A DNA stretch of 61,882 nt, filler included, from Sphacelaria rigidula (Eukaryota), in the NCBI GenBank assembly GCA_964200075.2. It is 7 parts of 7 records of this genome, joined end to end, with 100 filler letters (N's around TTAATTAATTAA, not from the genome) between each part and the next. Parts side by side here need not be neighbours in the genome. Positions count along the whole stretch, not along the records: positions 8,857 to 17,611 come from CAXNAA020010183.1; positions 17,712 to 26,466 come from CAXNAA020010184.1; 5 more parts are not named here. The stretch is one strand, 5' to 3'. This document shows, piece after piece, positions 13,630 to 26,100 of this stretch (the first letter of the stretch is position 1; every line of letters starts with the position of its first letter). A program made the translations under genes and the position numbers. The notes beneath the pieces are model-generated. The model searched no databases. It saw nothing but the letters and a program-made list of their open reading frames with translations, and was not told where the DNA came from.

Positions 13630-14282
13630 CAAGGGACACTCCAAGGGGTTTCATAAGCTGGTCGCGATGTGTACATTAGACAATTTCAAGGATTCTGTAG
13701 ATTTTGGGTACATTACAATGGAGACTAAGATTGGTGAACACGAGTCCGCAACGAACAGTGTACAAGATAACCGCCCAGTTTTAGATGAAGGGGACAAGGA
13801 GGTTTGGATATCAGATAGCGGAGCGTCATGCCACATGACTCCTTCGAAGTAGAAAATGTGTGATTACAAAGCTTGCACGGGTGTATCGGTTACTGAAGCA
13901 AATAGCCATAAAGTACCGATAGCAGGTTTTGGCAGACTGTTGGTATCCACGGTTGGTGACGATGATCAACTAACTTTCAATATCAACAGGGTGGCACATG
14001 TCCCGAGTTAGACAAATATTTGCGTACCCTGCAAAGTGTGCTCGTGGAACACGATTTTCTGATTAATGTGACGAAGAGAGGGACTGTGATTACTTAACCT
14101 GATGAAAGGGAAGTGTTCTTCAAGAAGGAAGGAATGATGCTATGGTTTTCACTCAATTTTCACCATCAACCACCTCGACGGATCATAAAGTTGACAACGA
14201 TGAGTCTGCCAGTGCTATTCTCGCCCCTGGAAAGATACAGATCAATCTCGATCAGCTGGACATCAATTCGTTTCATCAGTCT

Positions 14283-14573
14283 ACGGGTGGTCACTGGGGT
14301 CTGTAACCTGGCCATTTTGGGGCCCTATCCACCTTTGGTAAGGTCCGCGGATTAGGTAGACAACTGAGGAGCATTCGCACAGCATGGACAGGATCGAAAC
14401 AAAACATGTCCCAGTCTATAGGCGGGTGACTCCCCTGTAGACTGGAACATCTTTTGTTTCGAACCTGTCCATGCTGTGCGAATGCTCTTCAGTTGTCCAC
14501 CTAATCCGCGGACCTTACCAAAGATGGATAAGGTCCGAAAAAGGCCAGGTTACAGACCCCGGTGGCCACCCGT
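14283..14573. mobile_element. 291-bp foldback element
   Basis: Almost the whole element is an inverted repeat (ACGGGTGG...CCACCCGT); GTCT TSD; interrupts the copia GAG-pre-integrase region. Confidence 0.9.
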
Positions 14574-15232
14574 GTCTCATAGCCGTCTGCATGAGCGCTT
14601 GTTGCGGGAAAACGCGAAACAGTAGGGGGTGACTTTGGTGGGAAAGTTGGAGGAGTGCAAGGGGCGTTCCATGGCCAAGGGGCTGCGAAAGTCCATTTCG
14701 ATTTCAACCAACACTAGAGCAGAGAAACCGTTTGAACGAGTATTCATCGATGCGTCCGGACCAAAGTTAGGTGAGAGTACGGGTAGTATGAAGTATTCGT
14801 TTCTAATTCGGGATGAATTTTCGGGGAAAATCTGGATGTATTTTGATAAGCACAAGTCTGACACTACGAGAGGATTTGAGCAGTGCCTTGCAGATGTAGG
14901 AGCGAAGTGCATTGCTTCGGTGGTAGAGACTATGAGGTCGGGCGGTGGTGGAGAGTTTGCTGGGTCTTTCGGCAACCTGTGTGGGACACGCGGTATTAAA
15001 CAGGACTATACCCCAGCAGACAGTCTTGCGTATAACGGTGTGGCTGAGCGTGCGATAGCAATGGTTGAGCAGGCCGCTATGGCTGCACGAATTCAGGCGA
15101 AGGTAATGTACGATGTGGACGTTCCGGCAAGGGTGTGGGCTGAATCGTATCGTTGGGCGGCAGACGCATTAAATCGATCTGCTACCACGGCTAACCCTGG
15201 TAAGAACTCCCCAGATGAACTGTTCTACGGTG

Positions 15233-15489
15233 AAGTGATGCTACGGTAGGAGTACACAAATGTTTTCTGAGGTTGAAATTGTTAGGAGCCCTTTATTTCA
15301 TCCAAAACACGACTTGTGAAAATATACGAGAGTACGCCAGGATTAATATTCTAATGTGCTGGGGATATCCCGCATAAAGCTTCAAACGGGGATACTGTGA
15401 CCCACATTCTTGTGCGTCTAGAATCGTTAGGAGCCCCTGAACCAGAAAAAAAATCGCAAAAAAAGTGCACCCGTAACATAGCATTGCTC
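15233..15489 (-). mobile_element. GAGCAATGC/GAGTGATGC MITE (Sola-like, 4-bp TSD)
   Basis: GGTG TSD; removing it restores copia LFYGEAPQVKLLPFFKPG. Confidence 0.85.
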
Positions 15490-16476
15490 GGTGAAGCACC
15501 CCAGGTTAAGCTTCTACCTTTCTTCAAGCCAGGAGACGTCAAGTACAAGAGGAACTCGAGGTGTATGCCCAGAGCACAGGATCGTGTTTACTTAGGACCT
15601 GGTTACAACTACCCTCATGACTCCATGATAATGCAGACGAAGGGTAGACATGTCATCAGCACCCGAAATGTCACTTGGTGCCGTTTGCCCCCCTCAAGTT
15701 CTCGAACAGTGGTTCCATTTTCTAGGCGGGGTGGGGGAATCTCGCAAGATGTAGAGAGCGGGGAGGGCGATGCCGAGGACTCTGATTCAGGGGAGTCGGA
15801 CCTCGGAGTGGGGGGAGAATTCACGAATGGTGCGGTGTCCGAGGAGCGTGAACGAGATGTCAATAAGCGGTCAGAACTTGAGCAGGGACCACAGAACGGC
15901 GACAGTGAAAACACAGTGAAGCAGCTGCCTGCGTCGCCTACGTCGTCTACATCGTCTGCACCATCTTCTGAACATGATTCATGGGAGATGTCGTCTGTCG
16001 GTGGCGAAGATTCCCCAAGCTAACTAGATTCGGTTGAACCGACGCTAGGTCGGATCAGGCAACACACACGTCTGCTACAGCAACAACACCAAGAACAGCG
16101 ACCGCATCAACGCGTTCCTGACCTACAACATCAAGAAGGCGATCACAGTACGTTTTGGGCGTCGAGGAAGGATATCTGGGGCGCGGACAAGATACTGGCT
16201 CTTCTGGGCGACACGGATGACCCAAGAAAAACAGGGGAGTCTGAGTTGGAAGTTATTTCATAGGTTATCCGTGATGAGATTGAGGTAGCACCTGAGACGG
16301 TAAAGGATGTATACAATTCTCAGCTCAAGAGAGTGTGGATTGATGCAATGAACAGAGAGGTAGAAGGATTGCAACGTGGCAACACGTGGACAGTTGTAGA
16401 CTCACTGTCAGTAGGAGAGAAATAAGCAGATTCTAACTGGGGTTTCTAGTGAAAGGCTGATGAGCATAGTGATGTG

Positions 16477-17348
16477 TGTAGTAGTATGGCAATAGCAGAA
16501 TAGGCCGCACCCCAAGGGAGGGATGTGACAAGCCAGTCCTGTTTTCGACTTGTGATATCAAAGCTGAAGGTTCTCTCTCAACACAACAAACCAGCTGTTT
16601 GGGGCTGTTACACCAGACGCCACGCTCGTACGTGCAATTGATAGACAAAATATAAGCGAGGGGTTATGGTACACGTGACTTACGTGAGTCAGTCACGGGC
16701 TTGAAGACCAGTATCGTTGGAGAGATCAGCAGGTAGGCGGTTTTGGAGGCTCTTCTTATATATCCAAAATATGTCGAATGTCTTAGTCTGTGGGACAAGT
16801 GAGGCTGTAGGGGGGAAGAGGTGCTCGATCGCAGCTCAACCTTCATCCTGCCTCGCGTATAAACCTGTCATATTACAAAACCAGCCTGACGCGCCCTGCT
16901 GTGGCCAATCAAAGCGTCCGCTGTGACGGTGCGTAATTACACGGCCAAGGAGGCGCAGACCAGCCCACAAATTCCTCAGGCGAACAGCGATATCTAGAAT
17001 CTACCCCTTATATATCTACTTTGTAATACGTGAGAGGACCGCGTGCTTGGAGGACCGCATCGGAATTTGAACATCCCTATGGTCAGGGTTAGGGTTAGGG
17101 TTAGTGTTGGGGTTATGGTCAGGGGCGTGGTACCTCCAGGGACTGACCTGATTGGTTATGAAAAACGTCGATCCTGAGGTGTTTTGAACTACGGCGCGGT
17201 CCTCTAAGCACGCGGTTCTCTCTCGCATTACATACTTTACAAGCACACATTCGAGTAGAACCTTTTCATATCCACCAATCGTTTGTAAAACGGTCGCGAT
17301 ATCCCACGGTACTAGTTTAATTCTCGCACGCGGTCATGTACCATCACA
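16477..17348. mobile_element. Solo-LTR-like insertion in copia RT
   Basis: TG...CA ends, flanks TGTG/TGTA; removal rejoins KADEH..DV with MKAKARLV; left boundary uncertain by about 2 bp. Confidence 0.6.
17022..17232 (+). mobile_element. Telomeric-repeat-bearing TIR element, copy 4
   Basis: TIRs, TACTT TSD, nested inside the solo-LTR-like insertion. Confidence 0.92.
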
Positions 17349-17884
17349 TGTAATGAAGGCAAAAGCTCGACTGGTGTTCAGGAGTGATCATCGAGAGATT
17401 GGTGATATTTCAGCGTTTCCATCTACTCCTCCTTCAGCAACCAACAGAGTAGCTGCGGCGGTGGCTTGCGCTGAGGGGAAGACCATTTTTCACTTTGACG
17501 TAGAGCAAGCTTTCGTACACTCTGAGCTGAAGATCAAGTAACAGTGGACCCTAGAAAATGGGGTTCATACAAAATATGGGGTTGAAGTGGCATTTCTCTT
17601 TGGCAGGGAAGNNNNNNNNNNNNNNNNNNNNNNNNNNNNNNNNNNNNNNNNNNNNTTAATTAATTAANNNNNNNNNNNNNNNNNNNNNNNNNNNNNNNNN
17701 NNNNNNNNNNNTAGGGCGGCTTTTCGGTTGGACTGCACACCATCATGCTTTCGCTCCAGTTCAGAAACTTCTGAACTAGGGGCACATGGACGAAACCGGT
17801 TGCGACTCCCTTTTGAACAAAGTAAATGGAATTTCGATCCGTTAAACCTCATAAAAATGTTGAACCTCAATAACGATTCCAGGC

Positions 17885-18990
17885 TGTTTATTCAAGTCAT
17901 GCATACAACTCCAACGATGGCGAACGGACCTCGATCTCCGCCATCATTCATCACCCGTAGTGATATTGTTCTCAAACTCTTGTTTTCGAGCAAATCCCAG
18001 ACATTTATATATTTCGTTTAGATCTTGGACCGTCATATCCCATCCGTGCATCAGCCAAAATTAGAAATAATGATTTCCTCGACACTCTTGCAGTCCACCT
18101 GCACCAGTTCTTCGAACAAATGGACGCATCATCCACATGCTCCTTCTGACGTGAACGAAAAACCAGCCACGTGCTCGTTCAAACACGTGACATTCCATAC
18201 AAAAACATGCCACGGTCAAAGGTCATTGATGCATGCGCGCAAAATGTCTTTATCTTCAACCACCGAAAGCACTCGCGTGATACCTGCTCACATACGACGA
18301 GCCCACGCATTTCGTACCTTTCAGCTCATTTTCACCCTATTAGCAGGTGTCACCGTCTCCTACAGTCAGTACGAGCCTACGCATTTCGCAGTTTTCTCAT
18401 TTTCACGCTAACAGCAGCAATCCATATATCCTGCAGTCAGTACGTGCAAACCATACAAATATGATTCGACTGTGTTCCTACGCGAACACGATTATACGGG
18501 CTTCTCTTCATTTAGCATACAGCAGCATATTGAAAAGTGCCCCACCCTAGGCCGTCACCAGATGTCATTCATATCAGTATCATTCAAGCAAAAATTCGCA
18601 CGTGCCTGCCTGCCAAATTTCCACTCAGCATATGAAAATCCGCACATGCATGCCAATATTTCACTCAGCACATGCAATGCCACCTTCCTCGCAGCAAACG
18701 CCATGCATCGTCCGTGCCAACCACATCAGCACAACACGCATATGCCAAATACCCACGTGTACGCCAGAGTTTTACCCTGCACACGCGATACGATCATACT
18801 CGCTCAACAACCATGTTTTATGCGCAAGCTTGACCACGAACCACACAATATCAAGCTGAAATCATTCTCAAAACGATTCGCGAATACCAGTCATAATGTG
18901 TTTCCTCATTCTCAACAAGCACTCAATCACCACAGGACTTGCTGCTCAACATCAGTACCCAACTCGGCGCTCACCACAACAGCAAACACC
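17885..18990 (+). repeat. Unclassified dispersed repeat
   Basis: Diverged inverted homologue at about 46385-46860 and 47690-48140 (shared blocks such as CACGTGTACGCCAG..TTTTACCC and TACGATCATACTCGC). Confidence 0.65.
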
Positions 18991-20385
18991 TCAGGTAATG
19001 CCTTCTTTGTAGTCCTCCAGCCCGCTCCTGAGAAACAGCAGCACTCGAACCACAACCCCGTGCATAGCGTAGAGCAGCGTTTCCTCTCGGACACTCCCTC
19101 CTTGCACCTTCAGTCTTGTTACACCTGGCACCCCCATGGTGTAGCTCAACACGCCGCCCAAAGGTATATTCGCATCGCCAAACCAATGCGACAGATCATC
19201 CGCCCCCACAGATGCTTGCGCATTCACGAACGCTCATTCCTCAGCCGCTTTTACAGAGGAAATAAGAGGCGAAACGGAAGCATCCATACAATCCCACACA
19301 GCAACATCTCCCGATGGCATGAGCTGGTCTTGTTTGCTGCAAACTGATCAGGCCTGCAGACTTCCCTATCTTGAAGTGTTAGCTGCTTTTCAGCGGATCT
19401 ACCGCCACCAGCGGGCTTAATGAACGTTCATTGTACACTTCTGTCACTCAACAGCAGATTGCCATGTGGACTCCTCCCATCATGGGCACATGGGCTTCAG
19501 CAGCTTTTGTTATCCATACATTAACCCTCAGCATAGTACAGGAGAACAGGACCATAGCCTCTCTCCACCAGAGTAGCAAAACCGGCTCTACTCGTCATGG
19601 AGATCACCATCACAGAGTCCGGCAATCAGACTCACAACTCCACCTACAATGTCCCTGACCTTAGATAATAATGGTGGCTAGGTCTACAGCCCGACATTAC
19701 AGATCTCGATACCAGCCCCTGTAAATACCATGACAATGGCCCACTCTGAAGCGTGAGTTTGCAGAAGCTCAAAGAGCTTCGAAGACTCACGTTTCACCAC
19801 AATCTCCCATACCACAAAAAGGGGTAGGATGAAACAAACAAGGAGCAATCGGGAATTTTCATAGCCTGGCAAACATCGGACTTCAGCCTCAGCGCATGAC
19901 TCACGCGATTACGCCATCATTCAGTCATTGGTACACACAACGGAGGCGCCTGGCCTGCTAACCACGACCTACAATATAAGCATGCCACCCGGATGGTCAA
20001 ATTCAACCCACTAACATGGAATACAAACAAGCTACGCGCCGCCGATAAAATCAGCGCGTTACACGGATGGTCTCACGATCAAACACTCTGGAACCCACAC
20101 AAACCAGGCTATACCTTAGGCAACGGGAGCTGTAGTATCCACTGTCGAACGAACATGAGGGGGAGCGCGAAACTCGCGGTAGGATTTCGCGTTAATCGGT
20201 TTCAAGGGGGCTTGCCAAGGCATAACGATCAAGAAGACATCACTTTCAACATTGAGGCGGTGAATGCAAAAACTCATACCGGTGGAAAGACTAACGAGAG
20301 AGCTCGCGGTATAGGATCTAGGGGCGGCAGCAGTGGCCGATTAAATCTCCAGAATCATGCAACGATACTCGCCGCGCGACGCGTA

Positions 20386-20990
20386 CTGAGGAAGCCCGGG
20401 GGATCGGTCATCCGTTTTCGTACACGCCGACAGCAAAATCTACATTTGTCATACCCAGAGACACGTGACAATTTGCTGAGGAAGTCCATGGGCTATCGGT
20501 CATCTGTTGGCACAGATGTCGAACACACAGCTGGTTATGTGAAAGAACACTCACTTGGAAAGCCCCTTGGGAATCGGTGATCCATTTTCACAAATGTTCG
20601 GTCGAAGAGAAGAGACGGGGTGTCTCGGATCCAACGATTCACGAGCGAGTGAAGGTCGTGGAGACGCAGGAACAAAAACGAGAAACACAAAAGAAACGAG
20701 AGACAGGAAAAGTATAATGGACACCAACATGACAATTTGTTAAGGGAGCCCTTGGGGTATCGGTCATCCGTTGGCACAGATGTCGAATACACAGCCGGCT
20801 ACGTAAATAATATTTACTGAGGAAGCCCTTGGGGTATTGGTCATCCGTTTTCGCAAATGTTGGGCTGGAAAGAAGGGACGGGTCGTCTTGGGTCCAACAT
20901 ACCACTAAAACCGACTGCGATGGTGGCTTCCGTGATGGTCCGAGAGACGCAGGAGCAAAAACAAGAAAAACCAAAAAAATGAAAAGAGAA
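20386..20990 (+). repeat. Motif array inside a roughly 263-bp tandem duplication
   Basis: Five copies of approximately CTGAGGAAGCCCTTGGGGTATCGGTCATCCGTT. Confidence 0.7.
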
Positions 20991-21779
20991 GAAGGTGGCT
21001 GAGACCCTCACAGCTAGCAAGGAGCAATTGCAGTGAGTACCTCAGCACAGAATGGATGACAGCGGAGGAAAAGACTACAACGTGGTCTCAGTTCTCCAGA
21101 AATGTCGAGCCAAATGAAGATGGAAAGGTAAAGCTGCAGAATATTCACAAGTCACAACTCCATACGATGACGATATACACGTCTTCAAGGAATTCACCAG
21201 GTCACCAATTTCAGGTGGGTTGTTGAATGAAAAACCTCAATGTGGGGTCTTCACAAATACCGTACGGCGGGCTATGTCAGTTAGTCGAGCCAACTGTCGA
21301 AACGGAAATAAAAACGCTTGTTCCAATGCGCTTGGGTCACCTTGTCTGGGGACGTACATGTGTTCGAATAAGGGCACCACAGTTCCAGAACCAGATCAAC
21401 CCGACCTACAACATTCGACGGTTCCAAAACGACATGGAAACGCGAACATACACACATACACACCTAAGCATACACGCACACGCATATACACGTATGCGCA
21501 TACATACACCCACATACATATGCGCATACGCATACCCACACATATATGTGCGCATACACACGCCCACATACTCATACACACATATACATTCTCATACACC
21601 CAGCAACAAAAATGAAGGGGGAGTTTGCAGCCGTAGCGTCGAAGCAGCTAAGCGACGCTGAACGGGGGAAGTAAGACAGAACGCATCAAGACTCGTCTTC
21701 CTTCCATGAATTGTCGATATTCCGGACAATGGCGTCGTCTATGTTGCCGTCGTCATGACGCTGGAGATACCAGGACCCG

Positions 21780-24700
21780 CGGCGAGCGGGCGACGCTTCA
21801 GTGTACTAATCATCGTCTCAAATGAACTTCAGGGGGCCGCGGTCATCGAGGAAGCGGATGTAGTAGGGGTTGTCGGAGTCGGGTGCTGGTAAGTGAATCT
21901 TGCCCAGCCACCAGAGTGAGTCCTGCGCCTTGTACCTGAAGTACGCGCCTTTCGGTAGACGCTTCCTGCGAAATGAAAGCAAGTATTGCGCACGCGAAAC
22001 AAGGCTATAGCCAGCCTTGACGAAGCGGGCAGAGTGTTCCCGGGCCAGGTCCCGTGCCGCCGCGCCCTTCCGCAGGACCTGTATCTTCGGTTCAACGGAC
22101 GGTGTTGCGCAACATCGCCTACCCAGTATAACAAAATTTATCTACGGAAATGTCGCAAGTCGACTTCCCGTTCTCACGTGATCCGCATCAATCATTTCCA
22201 GTGCGTGTGATACATCACTGCTATTTTACCACCACAACCGCGGACCAATTGGGGTCCGCTGATATGATCGACTACCACGCGTTCCACGGGGACGTGAATG
22301 TCTTCAGCCGTGATGTGAGAAGGCGGCGGCTTGGTGGCGTGCCTCGTCCATACGTACTGGCTGAGTCTTAACGGCAATTGTTTGGGCATATCATTGATGT
22401 CGTGCGGGGCGGTGCAAGGTTTACAGCAACAGACAGACACGCGGTTTTTCTGCGGAGGTCTAGCTTCATCCGTGGGGAAAGCGAGGTACAAAAGGTTTTC
22501 CCCAATGGGTCGATCATCCGGTTCTGTAGCACTTGGCCCGCCGTCCAAACTTTCTCACGGCCCGGTCGAATTGAGGGACAGCTTGGCCTTCAGCACCTTA
22601 TCCGGCGAATCCTTACTCGAGTGGCTCGTTGGCGAATTGTCTGTACATCGTTGTACACCCACGCCCATGCAACTGCCTTCCACACTGGGCGCTTATGCAT
22701 CACCGCATCCAACGTGGTATTGGTACTGATCGCTTTTGCCAAATAGATTCGGTTTTGCTCGCACACCAAATCATATGCCAACCGCAGACGATGACTCAAC
22801 AGGTCATGATACTCCCTGATATCCCGGTCTAAACTCTGATGATCGCCCACCTTGCGGTGCTCGAATATGGTCAACGGCAGCCGCGGCATGCGACCAAAGT
22901 GGACTTCATTTGGTGCAACGCCGGTGGCGGTGTGGACCGAGGTGTTGTGGGTCCGTTGGAATAAGGGCAGATGCAGATCTCAATCTGTTTGCTGTTCGTT
23001 TGTGACGGCTGACAACATTTGCGCCATCGTATGGTTGACACGTTCCGTTCCACCGTTCGTTTGGGGGTGGTACGGACTTACAAAGATGCGATGGGAACCT
23101 AGTGGTGTACTGACCGCAGTAGAAAGTTTGCCGGAAAAATGTTTGCGATTGACGGACAATACACTCCGGGGGTCCGGCATGCATAATGGAGTGACAACTG
23201 AATCGATCATTCAATCAACAATATGTACTCGTTCCTGTTTTCCATGAGCGGCAACGGTCCGAAATAGTTCCAAGGTATAACTTCACCGGGCCCATTGGGG
23301 AGCGGCATGGACATGATTGGTCAACGCACAGTCTGGGGAGACGTCTTACGCGCCTGACAAATTAAACCACGACGTACCCACCAACGGACACTTTGGTCGA
23401 TACCTACCCAACTGTAGAATCGCTCGATGAATTATGTCGTAGACTCGGCTAATTGTTCTCGCGCCTTATCTCGGCGGAAATATATATATATATATATATA
23501 TATTTTTCGTTTACTCTCGTTCTACTAGAAATGAGATCGCGTACTTGTACAATGAAAACAAATGGGGGGGCGGTGAGCTACGGTGCGGCGGCAACATTTA
23601 TGTGGGGGCCCATCACACGGAAAAGGCCCTGTCCAAATATGGTTCTTGCATCTGTGTTGGCATTCCCAGAAACCAAGAGGAGGGATCGAGGGTGCGAGCC
23701 ACCGGGCGCCGTTTTCGGGGCAGAAGGCGTCAGCCCGCTCATGCGCAAACCGGACGTTTTTTCTGTGTCAGCCCACTCATGCCAAAATCCAGAGTCTCGG
23801 TGTCAGCCCACTCATGCCCAAACCTGGAGTCTTGGAAGCGTACGCGAATGATCTCCCTCGCGAGGTAGCTAATTATGACTACTTGTACTTGATCAGCCAG
23901 CAGCGGGTTTGTGCGAGACGGGCGTGAGGCGATGGGGGCGTTCCTTATGACACGTTGATATTAAACGGAGCCATCGTGCATCGACCCAACTCCGGAGGTG
24001 AGGTGGAAAATTGCGCGGTATAGCGAATCAGAACATCTACAAGTTTGTCGATGACCGCTGCAGTACAACCTGCACCGTCGAGATCGAGGGTGATGTGACA
24101 GGTGTGGTGGAACATCATCCCATAGTTGCAAAAACCTCGCTCGCTGCTCAGGCTAGAAACAATCCAACAATATTTGAGGAATGTCGGTTTTCGTGTCGTT
24201 ATCCGACGCGATCACAACCATTTTATCAGCTGAAACTGGTCCATGACAATCAGCGTTTTGCTCTACCTCAGTTGGGGAAGTGGTACTGGTGCGGGGACAT
24301 ATGTCAGACGAGGTGTACGTGGAAGCGGAGCCGAAGCATACCTCAACAACTGGTGGGGTACTCGATCAATGCGGAGACGTCAGAAAAACTGCTGGCGTCC
24401 GTCTTCACAAATACATCTTGCTGTCCGAACATATGTGTCGGAAACGCAACCAGCTACTCTCTGCCCAACAAAACATGGAATGCCATGGCATTGTGTGAAA
24501 CAATCAGAGCCGAAACAGAAGATCGTGCCATGGGGTGCGTATCGTTGGAGAACGGAACACTCAATCGCACAGCCCGGGTGGTACTCAAGAGTAGAACCTG
24601 CCCGGAGCCACCGAAGGTGCGTGGGGGGGACAGGGGACAGACATTTGTCGTCGAATGCGCCGGTGCGGAGCATGCCCTGCCAGCAACTGACGGTGGGAAA

Positions 24701-26100
24701 GGTCTATGGGGAGCCCGAGTCCGGTAATACCAGGGTTACAAGTTGATGGCTTGCACAAGATCCACTTGTAAGTAGTTTACAAGTCCAACTCTAGTTGTCA
24801 AAGACGCATCGTCTGAGGTGACAACGCAACGGGTAAGATCCGGACCAACTTTTGGCAACCAATTGATATGTGTTTGCTGTACCTCCTGAGCTCAGTGAGT
24901 CCTCCTACGAAAGGGGGGGGGTATTTTGGGTCACTTCTTGCACGAAATTCCGAGGCAAATCGCCGCTAAAATCAGGAACGGTTGCTTGAACGAGCTTGTT
25001 ACAGCTACATAACGCCCGTTCATACCGATTGACATCGTTTTGAACCAAATACAAGCGCATCGCGAGTGTTGCAGGTCATCTGACACACTTATCAGCCTTT
25101 TTTTTCGGGGACCAAACACCCCCCCCTTATCGTAGGATGACTCTCAGTACTGAAATATACTCTAGGGTGGTCTTGTGGGGCCTGGGGATGTGGGCACTGG
25201 TCTTGGGGGTTCTCCAATTTTGGGGACTAATAGTAGTGACCGTCGTGTCAGAGCCGGGGTCGGCTGTGATGTCGCCATGGGGGGGCATGCACTGCCGGCT
25301 TGGTAGTGGGTGTCCCAAGTGCCGGGTCGGCAGAAATGTCACCCCTGCACTGCAATGTGTCTGCCGAATCATCTACAGTAGTGGACTAGGGGGTCGACGA
25401 TTTTTCGTCGTCGGACGTGGTTCCGGTGGCTGCACCTGCGGGAGTCACGTCATCAACATCAACATATGCAGTGGAAATAGACATGGTCTCCACGGTTTTA
25501 TCGGGAGACACGTTGTCGGGGGCCAAATTTGGAACTACAGGGGACGCATCGTCTGTTACCCGCGTGAACCTGTCGTGGTATGGGGTCGCCAGTGGCGGAC
25601 CCGCACGTGAACGCGACACCGAACCGACAGTAGGTAGAGTGTACTTGTGGCTCAACACGTTCCACCTCGACCTCTTTGTTGGTGCTGGCTCAGGGGGCAA
25701 CGGGGGACAGAGAGCGATAGCGGCTCATCCTATACCTGAGGCGTACCGTCATGAGCTGTCGCTGTTGGGAAGTTCGCGGGAGTATTCGTGGCGGTGTGGG
25801 CTCTTGGCTTACCGACCGGGTCACTGCCGGGGGTCCTTCTCCAACCCGTGGAGCAACGGAAAGCGAGGGTTCCCTGTGGTCATGATCCACAGTGGAATAA
25901 CTATGCTCGACTACACAGTGTTACGCCGGGGATTTTTTCGTTTTTTTAATAATTTTTTAAACGCCTCCATGAACCACGGTGAAAAGCGTTGGATGATGGC
26001 AAATATCCCGATTTCGTAAGCACGGTCCGCACCCGCTGTGAATTCAAGAGCGGCCCGGACAGCATCGCCCAGGAGGTAGGAGGAGACGCATGAACAATCA
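21780..26100 (-). pseudogene. Ty3/gypsy (chromovirus-like) relic with integrase and chromodomain
   Basis: Integrase core SPYHPQTNGGTERVNHTMAQMLSAV and GRMPRLPL; chromodomain-like YHTHWK..ITWERE near 22150-22220; integrase part (21780-23450) is solid, upstream gag/pol extent is approximate; interrupted by insertions at about 23455-23866 and 24897-25143. Confidence 0.8.
24897..25143. mobile_element. MITE with GAGTC termini (same family as 5442-5690)
   Basis: TIRs and TCAGT duplicated on both flanks. Confidence 0.8.

Larger units (their letters stand above)
10536..17541 (+). mobile_element. Decayed Ty1/copia retrotransposon with nested insertions
   Basis: Putative 5' LTR 10536-10938 (TGTTGA...TCGACA) followed by TGG; gag relics; two CCHC knuckles (CFECGKTDHFESECP, CEECGGK|GH); protease WISDSGASCHMT near 13800; integrase 14629-15249 (FIDASGP, RDEFSGKIW, YNGVAERA); RT (KAKARLVFR, FDVEQAFVHSEL at 17353-17541); copia order PR-IN-RT; many stops. 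Confidence 0.92.

Noticed and set aside
20386-20852. CRISPR array (also considered for 39308-39587 and 30953-31325)
   Set aside because: Eukaryotic context, degenerate repeats, irregular or mutually homologous spacers, no cas genes
21220-21661. His/Thr/Tyr-rich ORFs
   Set aside because: Produced by a CATA/TACA low-complexity tract; the 5' part may be a weak gypsy integrase-tail relic
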